In this document: in pieces, positions 56,461 through 64,000 of the stretch
Position numbering within the stretch: the first letter of the stretch is position 1
How the letters are laid out: every line of letters starts with the position of its first letter
Assembly (NCBI GenBank): GCA_012295275.1
Contig: CM022676.1
Span: forward strand, 1,798,001 to 1,862,000
Direction of reading: 5' to 3'
DNA length: 64,000 bases
From: Chrysomallon squamiferum
Lineage: Eukaryota > Animalia > Mollusca
Made by a program: the position numbers and the translations under genes
Notes under the pieces: generated by a model
What the model saw: only the letters and a program-made list of their open reading frames with translations
What the model was told of the DNA's origin: nothing
Databases searched by the model: none

Positions 56461-57385
56461 ATTATTTTCTTTTTCTTTTTGCTATTTATTTGTTTTTTCA
56501 TTAACTCACAGATATTGTATTAAGACTATTTATCTCATTTTATGTGGAAACGTGTTTGTTGTTTGTTGTTTTGCATTGGTTAATGCAGTAGGAAGCCTGT
56601 GTAATGGTATTTTTATTTTCATTTTGCAAGTGAGGCTGGCGAAAAGTAATCTCCAATAAAAAGTACAACAAAACCACAAGAAGACTTGTTTTTATTTCTA
56701 ACACTGAGATTGCTCTTGTGCGTGTGTGCGTGCGTGCGTGTGTGTGTGTGTGTGTGAGAGAGATAGAGACAGACAGACCGAGTGAGAGATAACATGCATT
56801 TGTGTATTTAGAAAGAGACAATAGTCAAAGATCATATAAATATGCAAAATGGACATGTGGTTGGACACAGACACACACACACACATATATGGGTGCATAC
56901 AAACACCAAAAAATAATGATGATAATAACTAAGAACAGCAACAAAACTGCAGCAGCAACAATACTACAAATAAACAATAAATAATAAATAAATAAAGATT
57001 AAATACCCACCCCAAAAAAGAACATATGTTCATTTCCTTTCTTTTTAAAACAAATTTTTTTTTTCTTTTTACTTAAAAAAATATCACTGATAATATAAGC
57101 AACCAGAAAAAAAGAACAAAAAATCCCTCCAAAATAATGGGAAAAATAGAAATAACAAAAGTTATTTCTGTTTCTTTTTACTCTACCAAATCATATAAAA
57201 AAATAAATAAAATAATAAAAGACAGTAAAACTAAGCAAAGAAATGAAAAACAATGAACGTTCGCTGTTGCGGTAGACAGTATTTCTGTTGCGGAAAGGCG
57301 CACCACAATGGTGGACTTTAACTACCAACATTTTAAGTTCTTCACCAAAAAGGTTTGATTTTACAGAACTAGGATATCAACAACT

Positions 57386-58751
57386 ATGGCGTCGATAACA
57401 TCTGAAAAGTTAAAAGAAATGGAGGCGGAAATGAACCGGTGAGAAATTATATATATTCTGGACATTAACGTGGAAGTAATTATGTTAAAATTATCTACAA
57501 TCGAATATTTGATAAAGCGATGTAATTCGGTAATATATGTTTCTTGGAACCTGACAAAAATGTGATGTATGTCTTGTAATTTCGTGATAGTAAATTTACG
57601 TAAGACAATTTTAGGATCACCGGTAAATGGTTTATTTATTATGAAACAGATGAAGAACAATTTAATCAAACACAAATACACACATTAATAAGCACACACT
57701 CTGTTACTCATAAATCACAATGAATCCTTAAATTTAAACTAGCCGAATTGATCATTGATGTTTTTTTAAATTATACATTTAATTCGATTGAGTAACTATA
57801 GACGGTATAGTAATTGTTTCATTTTAAAAATAATTTGTAATCAAATTGACTACGAACACCTAGATTGTAAGATTTTGTTATCAAAGTCATTTAAAAGATG
57901 TAATCATTAACGTAATGGAACCGTAAAAGAACATTATAATCAGTCGTCATCAAATCATTTTTATGAATATTGACAATCAATAAAATGAATAATATTAAGT
58001 AAATAACAGATAAATGCAGTTAGTTACTGCGTCAGAATTCTTTATAATATATATATATTAAATCTTACTTTTTTCTTTGGATAGATATGTGTTATCGACA
58101 CAACAATAACTAAATAAATTTGTGTCACCAGAATAAAATGAATATTAATTCAAACCATTCTGGTTCACATCTGAACAAAATATACTGAGTCAGTAAGTGA
58201 AGTTGAAAACCTGGACTCTGGAGATTAGATCAAATTTTAATACTTTTTTCAAGAATATTTCTTTATTTGATATATTATAATATTATAAACATCTTTTTAA
58301 TTTTATTTATGTATTTACATTTTTTTTTTTTTTGCTTGTTTGTTAACAAAATTTAATACCATTTCAGAAGTTTGTCTTTCACTGTAACATATATACAAAT
58401 ACTGAAGTTTTTTTTATTATTTTTAACTTTTTTTAAAAACAATTTTGAAAGTGTTTAATTTTTCTATATTTTTTCTTCACTGCAAAATATTATTTTAAAT
58501 TCTGTTTTGTTTGTTTGTTTGTTGTTTTTTAACTTTTTTTGTTGAATAATTTGTTCAATCTCATTTTTCTTTCAGCTTCGAGGCTGAGATCCTCACGAAT
58601 GATATGGGAAGGGGAGGCATGACACGAATGATCATTGGTGCAGAAACTTTCACTCGAGTTCAGCAACAGCTACAACAGAAACCACAGAACTCATTAACAC
58701 CTGGCATCTCGCAGGACGCTCCAGTGACACAGCAAAAAATGCCCATAACAG
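57386..58751 (+). CDS. RBM42: RNA-binding protein 42, exons 1-2; no later exon recognised in the window
   Basis: Exon 57386-57438 (MASITSEKLKEMEAEMNR) joined in phase 2 to 58576-58751 (FEAEIL..RMIIGAETFTRVQQQL). This matches the RBM42 N-terminal LKEMEAEMxxFExE and RxIIxxxT(Y/F)xxVQQxL motifs. Confidence 0.85.
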
Positions 58752-60122
58752 GCGAGTTAAAAACACAGAGTGGAAATCAACTTAGTAATTAAATACTGTA
58801 ATACTGAAAAGTAGATTGTTCATACATACCTGATCAAGCAAATTAATTGAATATACAAATACTGTAATATTAAAGGATGCAAAGAAGCTTTTTAATACAG
58901 AATATTATAGATGGTTTGTCTTCACTTAGAAGTGGATATATTATTAATGAAATATTAACAAAAAAAACAAAACAAATAATGATAATAATAATAATATAAT
59001 GATAATCAAATACAAATGAAACATCCTGGGATAAAAGTAAACAGTTCATTAAAAACCATAAGACAGGAATAAATTGCTGAAAACAACCTAATTTTAAATG
59101 CTTAAAGATGTTAACTTTCATTATCAACATTATTAAATCATTTTGAAATTTGTATATCCAAAGACAAATGAACATGGGAATGATCCTGAGAATTGTGTTG
59201 AGCCACTTGGGACCCTACTTTTGTACATTAGAAAATAATATCAGTTGCCTGTAGTTTTTATTTTTAAATAGTCATAGCTTTGCCTCATGAGTTATTTACA
59301 GGAAATACCATGTTTATACCTGAGAATGTTTCAAGCTATTTAGTTTTCAGATATTCATTGTCAAATCCTCAACACTGAAACTTTACGTCACAAATTTTTT
59401 GTTGTTAAATCTAAGTAACAGCCATTAAAAGCATCTTTTAATAAACAAGATATGCCACAAGCTTGTCTGTTCATCCTGTCACATGTGACTGAGGCTACAG
59501 TTGTTCAGATGAAAGTATAATTAATAATACTTCATCTGAAGCAGTAACAAATATTTTTGAATAAATATATCAGTAGCTTCCGTTGACAAACAAGATTACA
59601 CAACAAACCTATTTCTAATCAGGTGTAATAGAGGCTATAATTATTGTTATAATTAATAATATTTCTCAATTTTAATATTACATCTGAAGCAAACATAACT
59701 AAAATATTTTTGAATAAATGTAAAACTACTTACAGTTATATATTAACTATTCTTTTAGCAGTCGGCATAATTTAAGTTCTGCTAGTGAATAATTATTGCA
59801 GTCTTTTGAAGAATACCTCATTATTAATCGAGAATAAAGTTAATTAACAAACAATATGCAGATATTTTAAATTGTTTTCAAGTAGTGGTGGGATTAGGTC
59901 AGTGTAGAAGGGACCGTGATTTTTGTTATTATCTCATAAAATCTCTGACAGTAACATCAATAAATTGTCAAGGAGGTTTGCCTGTGCACTGGCTACTACT
60001 GCCATAACAGCAAGTGTCAGAAGTGTGTGCTAAGGGAGATCACTCCACCTCAGATACTTTTTAATGAAAAGCATTAGATGAGCATTTTTTGAGATTATTA
60101 GCATGATTTAAAAATAGATGAG

Positions 60123-60155
<33 letters not shown>

Positions 60156-60414
60156 ATTTAATTATACTGACACTACAGAATCAACTATTTGATCTGTTTT
60201 AGTATTTTTGTGAAACTGTTGTATATGAATCTAAATTAATGATAATTATTGAAGACATTTTATAACAAACCATCAACATTACAGAATAGATATTTAGCCC
60301 GCTGCTTGTCTTTTTCAGTATTTTTATTAAACCATCATGATCATATCCCAAGCTAAATTGGTGATTATTTTTCATCCTGTGCAATATTTTATTCTTCAAC
60401 AACCCTCAAAATAG

Positions 60415-60520
60415 CTTTTACAGAACATTTTTAAGTTTTATCTTTTACAGAACAATTTTAAACTTTATGTTTTACAGAACATTTTTAAACTATCTTTTAC
60501 AGAACATTTTTAAACTTTAC
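60415..60520. repeat. ~27-bp tandem repeat, 4 copies
   Basis: TTTTACAGAACA(T/A)TTTTAA(A/G)(C/T)TTTAT repeated. Confidence 0.8.
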
Positions 60521-60891
60521 TGAACATACCAAATAACTAACTGAAAATAAAAAATGTGAAATTGCAGTACTGTTAATACCTGGTTTGATTTATTTGCATT
60601 ATATCTCTTGTATTTTATTTTATTTTTTATTATTATTTTTTTTTTAAACATGTATATATGCCAGAATTAAATATTTTTAGAAGTTGTGTTATGATGATAT
60701 TAATGTGCTCATTCAGATATATCAAACTCTAATGTTACCCCTCTGATTCACTTAGAATAATTTACTCATTTTTCAAAACTTTCCACATTACTATTTGACA
60801 AAAACAGAGCGAAAATGTTTGTTTTATGTTGAAACTTATAATAAATTTTTCTTTATATATTAATTTTGTGTAACATTAAAATGACAACATA

Positions 60892-62316
60892 TACTGAACA
60901 AAAAAATGAAGCTTCTGATTTGTACATATAGTATTTGTTGTGTTAAAGAATTCATTGTGCAATGAAATTATATGGGTAGTATTAGCTTTGAGTTGTATTA
61001 TCAGGGTTCATGAATTTTATCGATTATTTTTGCAATGTGAAACTCAGTTTGCATGTGCATGCATGGTTTGACATGTCCTGTGTAGTATTCAGTCAATTTG
61101 TTTCACTTGTCTTACTGACATTGTTGTCAAATGAATGAAACTGGTAAAAAAATTGTGAAAAAAAAAAAACATTTTTTACACTATAGCATTTTCAGTATGC
61201 CAAGAATACCCTCTAATTTACACAAACAGGTGATTGGCATGCTTGATGTGTTGACTGAAGACATTGCAAGGCTTGTTGGGAGTTCTAGTTGAGCAATGTG
61301 AAATCTTTACATCAGATTTCGAACAACTGGAAGCACCAACAGGTGCCACATCATGAACACACATTCGTGCAGTCAGTTCCAGACTGCTGCTGCTGTAAAC
61401 ACACCTTGCTTCATAATAACCAAATCAGTGGTCAAACTGTTCGTAATCGACTGCAGGTTTACTCAGTCAACATCCTCACATCGGATGCATTTTAACACAG
61501 TATCATCATCTAAATCATGTTAATTGAGCCATGAACACACTTACTGGATACAGTGATGCTGATCTTTGTTTGGATGAATCCAGATTTTCTTTACAACGTG
61601 CTGATGGCAGGGTGCAGGTCTACTGTATGGGAGATGAACACTATGCTGACTGTTGTGTTCTTGAACAAGATTGTTTCAGGGGTGAGGGTTCTGTCATGGT
61701 GTGGGCAGCCATTTCCCCTGGTTATCATTCCCCACTAGTTGTCAGTCATTGCAGTTTAAATTCTCAACATTGCCACAAAGACATTCTCGCTCATCATGTC
61801 ATTCCTCTGTTCCATAATAATGCCAGTATCTCAATTTTCAGCATCATAATGCCACCTCTCATATATCTAGAGACACTGTACATTTTCTTAGGACAAATAA
61901 CATTGATTTCATTGGTGACTGCCCAGCTGAAAGTCCTCATCTCAACCCCATCAAGCATGTCTGGGATAGTCTGGACAGATGATTGGGGCAACATCCCAAC
62001 CCACCTGCTAATGTCAACAAACTCTGTCAAGTGCTCATTCAGGAATCAACACTTTAATCAATTCTGTGTGCCTGCAATACACTGCAGTGGTCAGTTCAAG
62101 AGGTGGTCACACACATTATTAGTGGGGGTTTTTTAACCCCTACCAACTTGGTCAGAATTTCTCCCAGTTTCTGTTAACCTATGGCCATGATTTTTACACC
62201 CAACAATGCGTAATGGAACATTCTTTAAATGCATATATAACAATTGTTCCCCTAGTTTCTTTTTCATCAAGTTATGTTCAAGCAAGGTTACCAGAAGTTT
62301 CTTATTTTGTTCAGTA
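60892..62316 (+). mobile_element. Tc1/mariner DNA transposon, full length (~1.4 kb), decayed transposase; probably within an RBM42 intron
   Basis: TIRs TACTGAACAAAAAAATGAAGCTTCTG / CAGAAGTTTCTTATTTTGTTCAGTA flanked by TA on both sides. Broken ORF 61197-62122: MPRIP..VIGML, ISGQTVRNRL, DESRFSL..ADGR, VMVWAAI, FQHHNA, PAESPHLNPIKHVWD, GGHTHY*. Confidence 0.93.
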
Positions 62317-63832
62317 TACATGTTTTTCAGTATCCAGCTTTTTTATGAATACATACATACATATATATATTATCCATATTTGATGTCATTTTGGTTGACA
62401 TGCAAAAAAATGCAGAATAATTTAATTTTTAAAAACAAATATTTTAAAATTTTATTTTGTTGTAATTCTACAGAGTATAATTTAAAAAAAAATACATGTA
62501 TGAATTCTGCAAATATGTTACACTTGCCAGTTATAGAAACGCCTACACTGAAAGTGTAAACATGACTGATTCACTGATACAGTGAAATGATTCCCTCACT
62601 GGTGGAATGAAAACAATGAAATAGTTACTGAAATATATTTATTGTTACAGTTGCCTTACATTAATATTATCTTTGAAAGATGGATGATAAGCAGTTACTT
62701 ATTAATTTGCTTAATGGTAATTATAAATTAATACATTTTGTTACAATTATATCAAAGTCGTAATTACAAAATTAACATATACTTTGTTTACTCTATAAAC
62801 TGTGTTTGTAACAAATTATAAAATTGTTTAAGAATAATTATAAAGTAATATAGTTTGTTACAACTATATCAAAGTCATAATTATTGAATAATTGTAATAT
62901 TAATACATAATTTGTTTACTGTTTAAATTTTCCTCTCTTTTTATCAGAATTGTACGTAACATATTTACACACAGCAGTACAAATGAATGGCCTAAAAATA
63001 AATTACTTTTATACTCTAAATTATCATCTAACTGTTTTGGATCCATAAATGCAGATTATGATAATAATACAGAAAACATTTGGACACAGTTATAACAAGA
63101 ATCCTGATATTATAAGTATATAATAGATGGTTCTATATTTTCTTGCGATACTAGAAAACAAGAAATACCCCACCAGAAAAATGTACAACCTTCAGAAATA
63201 CCTTCAATTCCCATTTCAGTAAATAAGTAGGTCTTGTATATGATAGAGAGAAAGAAAAAAAATTATTACAAGATATTTGTTTCTTTCAACATTGATACTT
63301 CATTTTATTAATTAAGAATAGATGGCAAAACACTCCAAAACAAACAAACTGTAACTAGGATGTTTGAAGAAGACATTTCCACTTTTATTCGTGTTTCATA
63401 TTATTTAAAGTTTATGTTAAAAAGAATGTGTTCAGTCTGTCACACAGTAACAGATGATGTCTGCTGGTGTGCAGTGTGTTAGATTGTCAATTAAGGTGTT
63501 GTAAACAACATACTGAACATTGTTTATAACTATCGGAATAAAAAGTATTATAATATCTTAATTTTATTTAAAATGCAAACAAAATAATAGTATGGTTTGT
63601 AATACATACATAAATAAATACATACACACATACATTTTCAAACAAAAATACACCTACATACATTATTACACATTTACATATGAATGTATATTTCCACACA
63701 CACACACAGAGATGTACACATAAATAATCTTTATGACATTTAACTTTTTAGAAGAAATTCCTAGATGTAGTCTATTCTACATGCATGAATAATTGTGCAT
63801 ATGTTTTATTTATATTACTTATCTTTAAATTC

Positions 63833-63881
<49 letters not shown>

Positions 63882-64000
63882 TTCTTGATACATAGCAGTA
63901 TAAAGTACAAAGTTTGTTTTAGAGAAGTGTTTGGTTCATTGAGGTTTGCCATAAGGTAATATGTTGGAAACGTGTTTTAGTTAGGGTTTGATTTTGATAA

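Noticed and set aside
61531-62136. 201-aa ORF as an active transposase
   Set aside because: Only a fragment; the element has multiple stops, frameshifts and altered catalytic motifs.

Overview
AT-rich, microsatellite-laden, intron-containing animal DNA. A mollusc or other lophotrochozoan is likely, but this is inferred from gene families and repeat style only. From left to right the window holds: (1) a head-to-head pair of paralogous secreted mucin-like chitin-binding genes with identical exon architecture and 8-Cys ChtBD2-like domains; (2) a 200-N scaffold gap; (3) a tandem array of four BTB-BACK-PHR-like (BTBD3/6-type) genes, one intact and three disabled in different ways, with a duplicated upstream module carrying GATA, DR1/HNF4, ISRE-like and GAS/STAT-like motifs; (4) a complete multi-exon Dixin (DIXDC1) gene with alternative first exons, a 42-nt cassette exon and tandemly duplicated splice sites; (5) the first two exons of RBM42, the second apparently ending at a GC donor. 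Mobile elements include two hAT MITEs, a MULE transposase remnant and a decayed full-length Tc1/mariner. The best candidate for an undescribed system is the birth-and-death BTB array, which may be a STAT/IRF-inducible, diversifying set of CUL3 substrate adaptors. All gene models were built by eye and no database searches were run.
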